The notes beneath the pieces were generated by a model that ran no database searches, was not told the origin of the DNA, and worked only from the letters and a program-made list of their open reading frames with translations. The position numbers were made by a program, and so were the translations under genes. A DNA stretch of 63,810 nucleotides, filler included, from Octopus bimaculoides (Eukaryota), in the NCBI RefSeq assembly GCF_001194135.2. It is 6 parts of 6 records of this genome, joined end to end, with 100 filler letters (N's around TTAATTAATTAA, not from the genome) between each part and the next. Parts side by side here need not be neighbours in the genome. Positions count along the whole stretch, not along the records: positions 1 to 16,539 come from NC_068988.1; positions 16,640 to 26,380 come from NC_068983.1; 4 more parts are not named here. The stretch is one strand, 5' to 3'. This document shows, one piece after another, positions 12,252-23,957 of this stretch. The first letter of the stretch is position 1, and each line of letters opens with the position of its first letter.

Positions 12252-14160
12252 AAAAGCGGCGAGCTGGCAGAAGCGTTACCACGCCGGTCGAACTGCTTAG
12301 CGGTGTAACTGCGCTGTGAATTATTGTGAAAACTGCTGTGTTACTCTGTAAAAACTGTGTGAACTACTGTAAGTTGTCTCTGTGAATAATTGTGATTTTT
12401 TGTGGAATTATTGTTGTTACGTTTCACACGAGCCGCTGTTTTTTCCCCCAGCTGTGGTGAGAGGTAGTGTTTCCAGTATGGAGAGCTACGCCAGGGCCAC
12501 TGCGGTGAAGAAGCCAGTACCGCTGGAAACCAAGTTAATCAAGCTGGATATGGAGGATGTGAGCAGAAGCAGGAATTTGATAGAAGTAGAGGGAAACTCA
12601 TACAAATCGGCCCCCCACCCAAAGACACCAAGGAAGACAAAATTCTGACGACAGTTGTTGTACACAGGCTGCCGAAACCTGTAAAATTGAAATGTTGACG
12701 GAAGAGGAAATCGAGGAGTGCAAGGGTGAAATTGTGGATGAAGTCACGTGTATGAGCAGAGGAAGAAAGTTCGGTACGGTAGAGGTGAGGTTCGCCTCTA
12801 TAGAAGAGGCAACCAAGCATGCGACCAACATTTTAAGAAATACAAAAATAGCATTACTACCAAGTAACAGAGGAAGAAAAAGTGAGAGAGTACGTATTCA
12901 CATAGTGCCACCAGCAATTAAACCGGAGTGGTTGGTTGCAACAGTGCTGGCTGCAACCAAGGAGGATCCGGAATTGGGTCAAGTGGCAGAAACAAAAGTG
13001 CGCAACTAGTGGGTATTTGGACTCGAAATGTGGCTTTTTGCCACATTCGAGGACATAGAAAGAATTCCCTGCCAGATAGAAGTGATGGGTGAGAGCACGT
13101 TAAATGTCGTTTTCGAGGGAAGGAAACCAAATTGTTACATATTTGGGGAGAGAGGTCATATGAAGACCAAATTCCCCCTATACGAGTTCACACAGCCACA
13201 GCAAGAGAAGGCACAAGCAGAGGAGGAAAACATTGTAGACCACACTGAGGAAATGAAAGAGAAACAGAAGTGTGAAACTGAGAAGACAAAGGAGAAGAAC
13301 GAAAATGGAGCTACTAACACTTAAAAGCGAAAGAAAAATAAGTCAAAGGAACGGTCAACAAAAAACAAAAAAAAAAGAGATAGAAAAGCCAGAAACTAAT
13401 AATGTACAAGAAGAGGAGGAGAGAACGGATAAAGATGTCCAATACAAGGAGGTTTTGATAAAGTACGAGAATTGCTAGCAGATGGAGAGAAAAATCGCGA
13501 GGTTGAAGGAAATACTAAGAGTCGAGATGCCGGAGAGTGTTCTGAGAAATGCATTGTGATACACGAGGAAAATTACTGGGAGTACATAAAAGAACTTGGT
13601 GGAACTATAACAACAATAAAGGTATGGTTGTTGGAGACACCACCCACTAGAACTGATTATTTGCAGTTCATAAAGGTAACGCGGGTGTTTCAATTTTCTG
13701 AGTTGCAAAACCGTTAAAATGTTTACACGATGTTGAACGTAAAAGTGAAAAACTAGATAAATGTAACCACCCGACTTCGGGGTTCGAGTGGACATTGCAC
13801 CTCATTTTTTTCATTCTTGTATATTATCATTTTATTTTAAATTTTCTTTTACTATTATCATTCGCTTTTGTAATTTTTAGTTCCCCGATTTTATGTTTGT
13901 CACGTTTTGTACTGTCATTACGTTTTGTGATGTCTTAAAAATTCTTTGTATCGCCCTTTATGGGTAATAAAGAAATCGGTATTTCGTCTGCCGTTACGTT
14001 CTGAGTTCAAATTCTGCCGAGGTTGACTTTGCATTTCATCCTTTCGGGGTCGATAAATTAAGTACCAGTTACGCACTAGGGTCGATGTAATCGACTTACT
14101 AGATGTGTCTGTCCTTCTTTGTCCCTTCTTTGTTTAGCCCCTTGTGGGCAATAAAGAAAT
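12252..14160 (+). mobile_element. SINE family C split in two (12252-12304 and 13977-14160) by a 1.67-kb insertion
   Basis: Head ends ...gcttagcggt and resumes cggtatttcgtctgcc; outer 15-bp TSD aagaaatacacacac at 12237-12251 and 14161-14175. Confidence 0.9.
12305..13976 (+). mobile_element. ORF1-only Tx1/L1-type non-autonomous retroelement (half-L1-like), degenerate
   Basis: ATG at 12478 (MESYARATAV). Frameshifted ORF1 with an RRM-like segment (PSNRGRKSERVRIHIVPPAIKPEWL) and a decayed knuckle (VFEGRKPNCYIFGERGHMKTKFP). No EN/RT sequence; ends in AATAAAGAAAT; flanked by CGGT. Confidence 0.75.
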
Positions 14161-14374
14161 AAGAAATACACACACTCACGCATACACATACACAAATAAA
14201 CCGGAAATAGCTGTGACAAACATACCATTCACTCCTAGATCAATCAATTTACCTCTGCCGATAACTGGCCCGATTGAGTAAACCTATCAATAACGAACTT
14301 ATAATGAATATTGCAAACAGCTGTAAGTGAATATGCAATGAGCATCATTTATACCTTGTGTGGTATATACAAAC

Positions 14375-14405
<31 letters not shown>

Positions 14406-15631
14406 TTATAGTAAAAGATAACACAAATCTATATTCCGTTTTATTCAGAAGTTAATTACTTCTTTTCATTTCTGCACCTATACATTCTTCTGCAGCAACT
14501 AATGCACACAGCAAATTTTGCATCTTATTGTTAGTTGCGCTTCTTCAGGGTAAAGTCAACTGCTTTGTTCAGAGAGAATCTAAATTAAATAGAAGTCCAG
14601 CTGAAATACCTGTGAGGTTGTCATTGTTTCGAAAATAGCCTAGATCCTGACCTTTTCAATTCTACTTGTTAAAAGCAAATTGATTAGCCATCCAAGGAAT
14701 TGTAGCAGTCTACAAACCTAAACCAACATTAAATGTTGAGTAGTAGTATTAATGCTTAGTATCAGGTTACCGTAAGTATGTTTTTTAATTGTTATTCTAA
14801 TTCTTCACCCTAGTATTGCTATTCCTACTACTCTTATTATTGTTAGTAATAAGCTATAAGTTTATTATGTAATTAGCTGATTTTATAATTAAATTTCATT
14901 CATTTAAATTTAAGGATATCATTAATTTCTTGCCCAAATTGTTAATTTATGTGGGAGTTTATATTTAATTATCCTCTCGATTGGGTATTGTTTACTTGAT
15001 TTCAATTCTAATTTTAATATTATATATAATGCAAATATTGAAGTCGATGAAACATATGTTAATCTTGATGAAAACAACTTACTGCGAGCTCACGTCTATT
15101 GGTTAATTGATTTGAATTTTGATGTAAAATTTGGTAAATTTCTTTCACACACAATTCAGACCGTTGGCTTACTCTACAATATGGTTTCGCTCTAGTAATT
15201 ATTTCCTAGGAGATTTTATATTCTTTCTTTTTAAGCACCAAATTAGTTTACTTAATTTAGTGTTATTCCTCTTATTGCGGCCTCTAAATATGTTATCGGG
15301 GTTGGTAATTCTACTTTGTATATATGTCTTGCAAGCGCCGATATGATAATATACATGGCCTTCTGACATTACTTTGCACGTATATAACATGTTTGCATAC
15401 ATATCTTGTATANNNNNNNNNNATATATATATACTTACAAAAACATTATACAGGTCCATATATGTATATATGTATATACCCAGACGGGCGGAAAGTTAGA
15501 TTAATAGGCAGACAAATACATAGAGAGAAAGACAGACATATATCTATGTTTATATGCATGTATATGTGTGCGAGTGTGTGTGTAGTGTCATGTGCATATT
15601 TATAAATACATATGTGTGTTCGTGTGTGTGT

Positions 15632-15689
<58 letters not shown>

Positions 15690-15943
15690 GGATGGTTAGG
15701 AGGAGAGAGATAAGAATCGGTCTACATGAAAAAAGAAAGATATGCAAATAATAAAGAGTAGCCAATAAGTAGCAAGTGTAAATCAGGGAGTCAGGGCGAG
15801 TGAAAACATTACAAGAGAATAAATGCAAGGAAAAATAGACTAACAGAGAGAATATGAGAAAGGGAAAAAATCGGGAGATCTAAGATAATTTACAAGACCA
15901 CAAGAAACTCTAATGCGGCTGTTCAAAAACATCATTTAGATCA

Positions 15944-15945
<2 letters not shown>

Positions 15946-15995
<50 letters not shown>

Positions 15996-16043
15996 GTAAT
16001 AATAATAATAATATTAAAAATAATAATAAATAATAACAATAAT

Positions 16044-16110
<67 letters not shown>

Positions 16111-16160
16111 TAATAATAATCATAATAATAATAATAATATTAATAATAATGATAATAATA
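15946..16160 (+). repeat. (TAA)n microsatellite
   Basis: Direct triplet run. Confidence 0.95.
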
Positions 16161-16538
16161 CGAAGATCTGAACGGGCAAAACAATCTGACAACAGAAATG
16201 AACGAAGCGGTACCCTACGAAAACAATGACCGTCAAAATAAAGGGCCGGACGTTGTTCCTCATGTCCCGCAAACAAAACCAAAACGGCATAAATGGACAC
16301 GTGAGGAATACATTTCGATCCTACACGCTTATTTCACAGCAGTGCTCTACCCAAGAAACGAAAACGCAACAACACATACATATAACATATGGAAGAAAAA
16401 TAATGTAAATAAAGACCTCGATAAAACAATGAACCCTAACAAACTAGCTAACATAAGAAGATATATTCTAAAAGCAAAAAAAATATCAGAAATAGAAATA
16501 GAACAATTGAAAGGAAAAATACATCAGGAAAATCTAGA
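16161..16538 (+). mobile_element. R4/Dong-type LINE, 5' coding end, cut by a gap
   Basis: Stop-free frame with RHKWTREEYISILHAYF...TYNIW...NKLANIRRYILKAKKISEIEIEQLK, matching the R4-clade N-terminal pattern; directly follows (TAA)n. Confidence 0.75.
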
Positions 16539-16719
16539 TNNNNNNNNNNNNNNNNNNNNNNNNNNNNNNNNNNNNNNNNNNNNTTAATTAATTAANNNNN
16601 NNNNNNNNNNNNNNNNNNNNNNNNNNNNNNNNNNNNNNNTTTTTTTTTTTTTTTCCAACGCAAGTAAAGGAATTTTTAAGCAAAAAAGAGAAAATTTTAA
16701 AAAGCCGCAGTCACGTATC

Positions 16720-18160
16720 TTTACTGGCTGGCTGACTGGTTTGTTGGCTGGCTTGTTGCCTGGGTGCCTGGGGAGTTTAATATATAAATAAATGGGTATA
16801 TGATAGAATGGTGGAGTGAAAAGTTAGATGGCTGAATGGATGGATGGGTCGATGGATCGATTGATGGCTGGTTGAATGAATGGATTTATGACAGAGGGAT
16901 TAATAGAAAGACGGTTAACTGAGTGGCTGGGTGGAATGGATGGCCGGATGGATGAACGGATAAATGATAGATGAACGGGTGGATGGAGTGATGAGGGATC
17001 GACATGGATTAATAGAAGGACGATTGAATGGATGTGTGATTCAATAAATTGCTGGATTGTTGGAGAGACGATTGACTGAATGGATGAATGAACGGGTAGA
17101 TGGAAGAAAGATGAACTGTGTGGATTAGACAGATGGTAGGTGGGTAGATTGTATGTATGTATGTATGGATGGATGGATGGATGTATGGGTGGATGGATGG
17201 ATGGATGGATGGATGGATGGATGGATGGATGGATAAGCGAAGAGTTAGATTGCTTACGAGAGGGATGATCGAATATTTTGGCTGACAAATCGGACGGCTG
17301 GCTGGCTGGATGGATGGATGGGTGAATGTAGGGTCGGTTTGTTGGTTAAGATTTTGAACTATGATAGAAGAAAGTGGCCTTTACTTCGGACGTATAATGT
17401 CGTTATAATAAGGTAACTTTTATCATTAAATCTTTACTAAGCATCTATAAAATGTGTTATCCTCTATGTGGTCTGGAATCACCCAAGATGCCTATATTCA
17501 CATCTAACCAAGTGGAACACTCGCTTGGCCTTCAGTTAGCTTCGTCGATAAATAAATAAAAGAGAAGAAAAGCAAAGAAAAACACAGTTTTCGTGTAAAC
17601 CCTTTAGTCTGTCTCCTAGATCTGGATGCAACGCAAGTACACTTCATCATCATCATTCATTTTAGGTTATTAGGACGGCAGTCTGACTGGATTGGCCGAC
17701 CTTCGAATACCGTTGCCAACATACTTGCCTGTCTGTCTGTCTGATTCTGTTCCTCCGTCCGGCTGGCTGGCTGGCTGGCTGGCTAGCCGGCGGGATAGTT
17801 AACTTATTGCCTGATTGTCTGTAAGACTGACTTGGCGGGCTTGTGGTAACTGGCTGGTTAAAACAAAAATGAGCTGGTTGGCCGGTTGTCTGGCTGTTTG
17901 ACTGTTTCGCTGGCTGTTCGTGCTGGCTGGCTGGCTGGTTGGCTTCATTTGCAAGTCTCATGGCTGACTGGCTGTTTATATTTCAACTGACGAAGCTGAC
18001 GAAGAGTTTTGCTGATGGGTTGGGCGTCTGACGGAGCTGACAGTGTGGGCGGTTGATAAGAGATCAGCTCCGAGCTGAGCCGGAGGTTGGGTGACTTGGA
18101 AGAAGAGAGTGATGGATGGATGGATGGATGGATGGGAATAGCGTAGCCAGTCAGACACAC
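16720..18160 (+). repeat. Degenerate (GGAT)n/(GGCT)n tetranucleotide fields
   Basis: Visible ggatggat and ggctggct runs with interruptions. Confidence 0.85.
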
Positions 18161-18174
18161 AGATAAATGGGAAC

Positions 18175-18477
18175 TGTCAATGTGTATGTGTGCGTGAGTG
18201 TGTGTTTGTGTCTGTCTGTTCGTGTCTGTGTCTGTGTCTGTTTGTGTCTGTGTCTGTGTCCTTGTGTGTATGTGTCTGAGTCTGTGTGTGTCTGTTTGTG
18301 TCTGTTTGTGTCTGTGTCTGTTTGTGTGTGTCTGAGCCTCTGTGTGTTTGTTGTGTCTGAGTCTGTTTGTGTCTGAGACTGTGTGTGTCTGTGTCTGAGC
18401 CTGTGTGTGTTTGTGTCTGAGTCTGTTTTGTGTCTGTGTCTGTTTGTGTCTGTGTATGTTTCTCTCTCTGTCTGTGT

Positions 18478-18530
<53 letters not shown>

Positions 18531-18860
18531 TGTCTGTGTCTGTTTATGTCTGTTTGTGTCTGTGTGTGTCTGTGTTTGTTTGTGTCTGTGTCCTTGTATG
18601 TCTGTGTCTGAGTCTCTGTGTGTCTGTTTGTGTCTGTGTGTGTTTGTGTCTGAGTCTGTGTGTGTTTGTGTCTATTTGTGTCTCTGTGTGTTTGTGTCTG
18701 TTTGTGTCTGTTTGTGTTTGTGTTTGTGTCTGCATCTGTGTGTGTTTGTGTCTGTGTCTGTTTGTGTCTCTGTGTGTGTCTGTGTCTGTTTGTGTCTGTG
18801 TGTATGTCTGTGTCTGTTTATGTTTGTGTCTGCATCTGTGTGTGTCTATTTCTGTTTGTG
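18175..18860 (+). repeat. (GTCTGT/GT)n compound microsatellite
   Basis: About 690 bp of gtgtct/gtttgt variants leading into a SINE-B 3' half. Confidence 0.9.
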
Positions 18861-19080
18861 TCCCTGTTTTCCCCCTCCACAGCTTCACAACCGGTGCTGG
18901 TGTTTACGTCCCCGTAACTTAGCAGTTTGGCCTAAGCTATCGATAGAATAAGTACCAAACTTTTAAAGAAAATATAATACTGGGGTCGATTCATTCAACT
19001 GAAAAACAAAAATCTCCAAGGTGGTGCCCCAGCATGGCCGCAGTCAAAATGATTGAAACAAGAAAAAGAGAAAATAAAGG
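18855..19080 (+). mobile_element. SINE family B, 3' half
   Basis: caaccggtgctggtgtttacgtccccgtaacttagc...ggtgccccagcatggccgcagtcaa...gaaacaagaaaaagag. Confidence 0.8.
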
Positions 19081-19083
19081 ATA

Positions 19084-19460
19084 TTCTTTTACTCGTTTAT
19101 TTGTTTGTGTCCATGCTGGAGCACCGTCTTTAGTCGAACAAATCAACCCCGGGGCTTATTCTTTATAAGCGTAGTACTTATTCTATCGGTCTGTTTTGCC
19201 GAACCGCTAAGTTACTGGGACGTAGACACACCAGCTTCGATTCTCAAGTTATGGTGGGGGACAAACACACACATATATACATATATATATATATATATGA
19301 CGGGCTTCTTTCAGTTTCCGTCTGCTAAATCCACTCACAAGGCTTTGATCGGCTCGAAGTTATTGTATAAGACACTTGTCCGAGGTGCCACGCAGTGGGA
19401 CTGAACCCGGAACCATGTGGTTGTGAAGCAAACTTCTTACAACACACCCACGACTGCGCC
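19084..19460 (-). mobile_element. SINE family B, full length, tail-to-tail with the previous copy
   Basis: Homologous to the 11177-11564 copy; head ends at gcgcc 19460. Confidence 0.9.
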
Positions 19461-19510
19461 TATATATATATACATATTTTTAGCAGGTGAAGACACAGTA
19501 GTAGTAGAAT

Positions 19511-19569
<59 letters not shown>

Positions 19570-20339
19570 ATAGCATAGTAGTAGTAGCATAGTAGTAGTA
19601 CCAGCAGCAGCAGCAACAGAGAAACAACGATAGCAGCACCACCAACAACAACAACAAACAAATGATATTTCTAAAGGAAGAAAAATCAACAGAAAAAAAA
19701 AGATCCACCAACACCACCACCGACGCCTCCTCCTCCCACCGCCACCACCATAGAACAATTGATCGCCGGTTGTTGTCAAAATTCATTAACCTCAATTCCA
19801 CCACATTCACACGCTCAGACGCTCAACACATAGAATTAAATAGCATAAATAACGGTAATAATATGGTTCCTGCTTAGCCAAATACCATTGATTAGACTAA
19901 TTCCATTATTAATGCAATGCGCTCCGAGGAAAACGTACGGTTAAATTATAATTAAAATCGTTGCAATTAGAAATTCAAGCGATCACATATGCATAGTCTT
20001 CGGTGGATGGGTGATTAGGAATCTCTCATTAAATGGAATTCCTCCGAAACAGGTTGAGGAAGCTGAATGGTTTAAAACTAAGTATTCTTATTTTTTGTCA
20101 TTTACGACTTGAAACGCAGGCGTCGTTATTGAACAGATTGGAGATCGTGTTACATGTTTGTCACATGTCTGTTGTTACATGTCTGTGTGAAGTGTTTAAA
20201 TAAAACGGATTGTAAGAAAAAGCTTAGAAAAAAACTACCCAACAACGTCTCCACGCTGCCTAATTAACGTTGCTTTCTGTTTGAACTTCGTCTTCTTCGA
20301 AAGCCGCTTTCTTCTTCATAGTTGTAAATCTCCTCCGTT

Positions 20340-20789
20340 CTTCTTTTTGCCTTCATTCTTCTTTTTCTTCTTCTTCTTCTTCTTCTTCTTCTTCTTCTTC
20401 TTCTTCTTCTTCTTCTTCTTCTTCTTCTTCTTCTTTTTCTTCTTCTTCTTCTTCTTTTNNNNNNNNNNTCTTCTTCTTCTTCTTCTTCTTCTTCTTCTTC
20501 TTCTTCTTCTTCTTCTTCTTTTGCTACTACTACTACTACTACTACTACTACTATTACTACTACTACTACTACTATTCTTTCGTTTTTCTTCATCCTTCAT
20601 TCTTCTTCCTCATCCTTCTCTTTTCCATCTTCATCTTTCTTTATCTGCAATATTCTTCTTCATCTTTCTTCTTATCATTATTATTACCATTATTATTATT
20701 ATTATTATTACTATTATTATTATTATTGTTCAGTAGTTTTATTTTTATAACGTGCTTTCACTTCACTTTATTATTATTATTACTATTAC

Positions 20790-20828
<39 letters not shown>

Positions 20829-20852
20829 TACTATTATTATTATTATTATTAT
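20340..20852 (+). repeat. (TTC)n/(TAC)n/(TTA)n compound microsatellite
   Basis: Direct triplet runs. Confidence 0.95.
20727..20767 (-). mobile_element. 41-bp 5'-truncated copy of the Dong-type F1 3' terminus
   Basis: Identical to 20853-20893 and flanked by (TTA)n on both sides. Confidence 0.85.
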
Positions 20853-22181
20853 TGTTCAGTAGTTTTATTTTTATAACGTGCTTTCACTTCACTACCGAGC
20901 GCAGCTCTGTGCGCCTTGGGTATNNNNNNNNNNNNNNNNNNNNNNNNNNNNNNNNNNNNNNNNNNNNNNNNNNNNNNNNNNNNNNNNNNNNNNNNNNNNN
21001 NNNNNNNNNNNNNNNNNNNNNNNNNNNNNNNNNNNNNNNNNNNNNNNNNNNNNNNNNNNNNNNNNNNNNNNNNNNNNNNNNNNNNNNNNNNNNNNNNNNN
21101 NNNNNNNNNNNNNNNNNNNNNNNNNNNNNNNNNNNNNNNNNNNNNNNNNNNNNNNNNNNNNNNNNNNNNNNNNNNNNNNNNNNNNNNNNNNNNNNNNNNN
21201 NNNNNNNNNNNNNNNNNNNNNNNNNNNNNNNNNNNNNNNNNNNNNNNNNNNNNNNNNNNNNNNNNNNNNNNNNNNNNNNNNNNNNNNNNNNNNNNNNNNN
21301 NNNNNNNNNNNNNNNNNNNNNNNNNNNNNNNNNNNNNNNNNNNNNNNNNNNNNNNNNNNNNNNNNNNNNNNNNNNNNNNNNNNNNNNNNNNNNNNNNNNN
21401 NNNNNNNNNNNNNNNNNNNNNNNNNNNNNNNNNNNNNNNNNNNNNNNNNNNNNNNNNNNNNNNNNNNNNNNNNNNNNNNNNNNNNNNNNNNNNNNNNNNN
21501 NNNNNNNNNNNNNNNNNNNNNNNNNNNNNNNNNNNNNNNNNNNNNNNNNNNNNNNNNNNNNNNNNNNNNNNNNNNNNNNNNNNNNNNNNNNNNNNNNNNN
21601 NNNNNNNNNNNNNNNNNNNNNNNNNNNNNNNNNNNNNNNNNNNNNNNNNNNNNNNNNNNNNNNNNNNNNNNNNNNNNNNNNNNNNNNNNNNNNNNNNNNN
21701 NNNNNNNNNNNNNNNNNNNNNNNNNNNNNNNNNNNNNNNNNNNNNNNNNNNNNNNNNNNNNNNNNNNNNNNNNNNNNNNNNNNNNNNNNNNNNNNNNNNN
21801 NNNNNNNNNNNNNNNNNNNNNNNNNNNNNNNNNNNNNNNNNNNNNNNNNNNNNNNNNNNNNNNNNNNNNNNNNNNNNNNNNNNNATTTTTGTTATGTATT
21901 TGTCTGAATATTTTTTTATTATACCTAAGGCACCTACTATGATAGGAATTGTTTCTGTTTTTAGATTCCACATTCGAGTTATCTCTATTTCGAGGTCTTT
22001 GTATTTTAAAAGTTTTTCCATTTCTTTTAGAGAAACGTTGTCATCTGCTGGTATTGATACATCAATTTGAAAGCATTTTTTTTTCTTCATGATCTTTGAC
22101 AACTATATCTGGTCTATTTGCCTTAATTTCTCTATCTGTGTGTATTGGCATATCCCAGAGTATGGTTGCTTTCTCGTTTTC
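20853..22181 (-). mobile_element. R4/Dong-type LINE 3' portion (RLE domain and 3' UTR, lineage F1), with an internal gap
   Basis: ENEKATILWDMPIHTDREIKANRPDIVVKDHEEKK, +1 frameshift in an A9 run, then CFQIDVSIPADDNVSLKEMEKLLKYKDLEIEITRMWNLKTETIPIIVGALG; PD..D..K motif; (TAA)n tail. Confidence 0.9.
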
Positions 22182-22184
22182 TTC

Positions 22185-22495
22185 CCCTTCTTCTTCCTCT
22201 CCTTTTTCTTCTTTCTTCCACTTCTTCATCTGTCTTCTGCTTCATTTTTTCTTCTTCTTTCTTCCTTTTCTTCTTCATCTTTCTTCTTCTTCATCTTCTT
22301 CTTCTTCTTTTTCTTCTTCTTAATTCTTCTTTATCTTTTCTTTTTTCTTCTTTCTTCCTCTTCATCTTTCTTCGTTTCTTCTTCATCTTTCTTCTTTTCT
22401 TCTTCATCTTTCTTCTTCTTCTTCTTCTTCTTCTTCTTCTTCTTCTTCTTCTTCTTCTTCTTCTTCTTCATCATCATCATCATTTTCTCCTCCTT
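22185..22495 (+). repeat. (CTT)n degenerate microsatellite
   Basis: Direct triplet run. Confidence 0.9.
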
Positions 22496-22584
22496 CACCT
22501 TCTTGACACATCCTATTTCACCCACTGAAAACCATACAACTGATTCCACAGGTGGTACATTTGCCAGGAATATATAGCACCTAC

Positions 22585-22737
22585 CAATCCGGTGACCCAA
22601 TCTTTTTTTCTGATGACAGTTGAACTGCTGTAATTATTCATCTGGTTATTGTCATCACTGCAGCACGTTGAAGTAGACCAGCCTCTCTGAGAGGGAGCTC
22701 CGCAAACAATGCAAACTGCAACAAGACCATCTTGAAG
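22585..22737 (-). CDS. Candidate 153-bp exon of an unknown gene
   Basis: TTTTAG acceptor, GTAGGT donor, open phase-0 frame LQDGLVAVCIVCGAPSQRGWSTSTCCSDDNNQMNNYSSSTVIRKKDWVTGL; no partner exon confirmed. Confidence 0.3.
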
Positions 22738-23341
22738 CTAAAAGCACTCTTATACATCATTCATAGTTTTCATTCTGGACCACTAATAAGTTTAACTTCT
22801 GAACTATTCTATTAAAAGGAGGAAAAAATCAAGAGAATTATTTCCCCATTTTTCGAACTTTGCGAATACTTTGTAATTAGATTGCATTTTAAAATAGACA
22901 TATCGATGGTTATAGGAACGGATATGCACCACATCGGAAGTACCAGTGGAGTGAAAGAGCTTTTCAAACAGGAATTTTAAAAATGACATCAAACAAGAAA
23001 ATTGCAGCAAAGCCACGTGATAGTATCGTTAGATGTGGCATGCACATTATTCATATAACTTGTTTGGCATTGCGTTTTTATTCCTCTCTTCCGTTTTATT
23101 TTGACATGCGCATTACGGTTTTCGTTTTTCTCTCCCGTATAAATTTAACCTGCACATTGTGTTTTTGTTCTTCTCTTCTGTTTAAGAAGTCAGTGTGCAC
23201 ATGCTCATTGCGTGTTCATTTTGTTTCCTTTTCCGGTTCCGACTCAAAACTGTTTACAGACCACAACCATCGCGCTCCGATGATTGAGGCACAAAAAAAA
23301 TTCTTTTAAAAAAACAAACATGGACATTCTGGATGCAAACT

Positions 23342-23539
23342 CAGAGCTTATACCCCAACCGGGAGTCCATATGATACCTGCGGATCCATATAAGATTTTT
23401 AGGGGTCCACGCTAGTAAAATAGTAAATTGGGATCCATAGTCGTATTTTAAGGGGACATGAAAAGTTTTGATATCAAGCTACTGCAAAAAGTAGCTTAGT
23501 TTCTTCAATGTATTTCATAGTTCAACATACATAAGTTAA

Positions 23540-23584
<45 letters not shown>

Positions 23585-23826
23585 AGGCGTTCTCCATTTT
23601 TTTAGGAGGGTGTAGCCACAACAAGACGTACATCAGGCACTCCATTCATTTCCCAGTTCAAAGGGGCGAGTTCCGTGGGGTTAATATGCGAATAGCGAAA
23701 TAGGAACTTTGAAAGAAGCATCAATAGAACTAGTTTTTAAACATCGAATTACTATGAGGGTCCACCTGAATAAAATAGCAAAAAGAAAAGGGTTCATAAT
23801 TTTTTTTTAATGGTTGAGAACCACTG
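23342..23826. mobile_element. Degenerate hAT-like MITE
   Basis: Right end ggttgagaaccactg (reverse complement CAGTGGTTCTCAACC) and a decayed left end cagagcttataccccaacc; no TSD found. Confidence 0.45.
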
Positions 23827-23957
23827 CATTGTGGGTAAGTGTACAAGTATATTATTTTAACAAATGAGTGGGACTCAATACGACGAAGTGGAGTCGAATA
23901 AAATTTATTCGAAGCTAATAAAAAGTGACACATCCAGTATTGATACTAAATGGTAAT

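Noticed and set aside
14460-14640. Splice-like signals with Cys-rich or signal-peptide-like translations on both strands
   Set aside because: Every frame closes quickly and no consistent exon model emerges
16584-16595. TTAATTAATTAA islands inside N runs (also near 26425, 48500, 54762 and 62405)
   Set aside because: The same 12-mer centred in N padding each time; it is an artificial six-frame-stop scaffold linker
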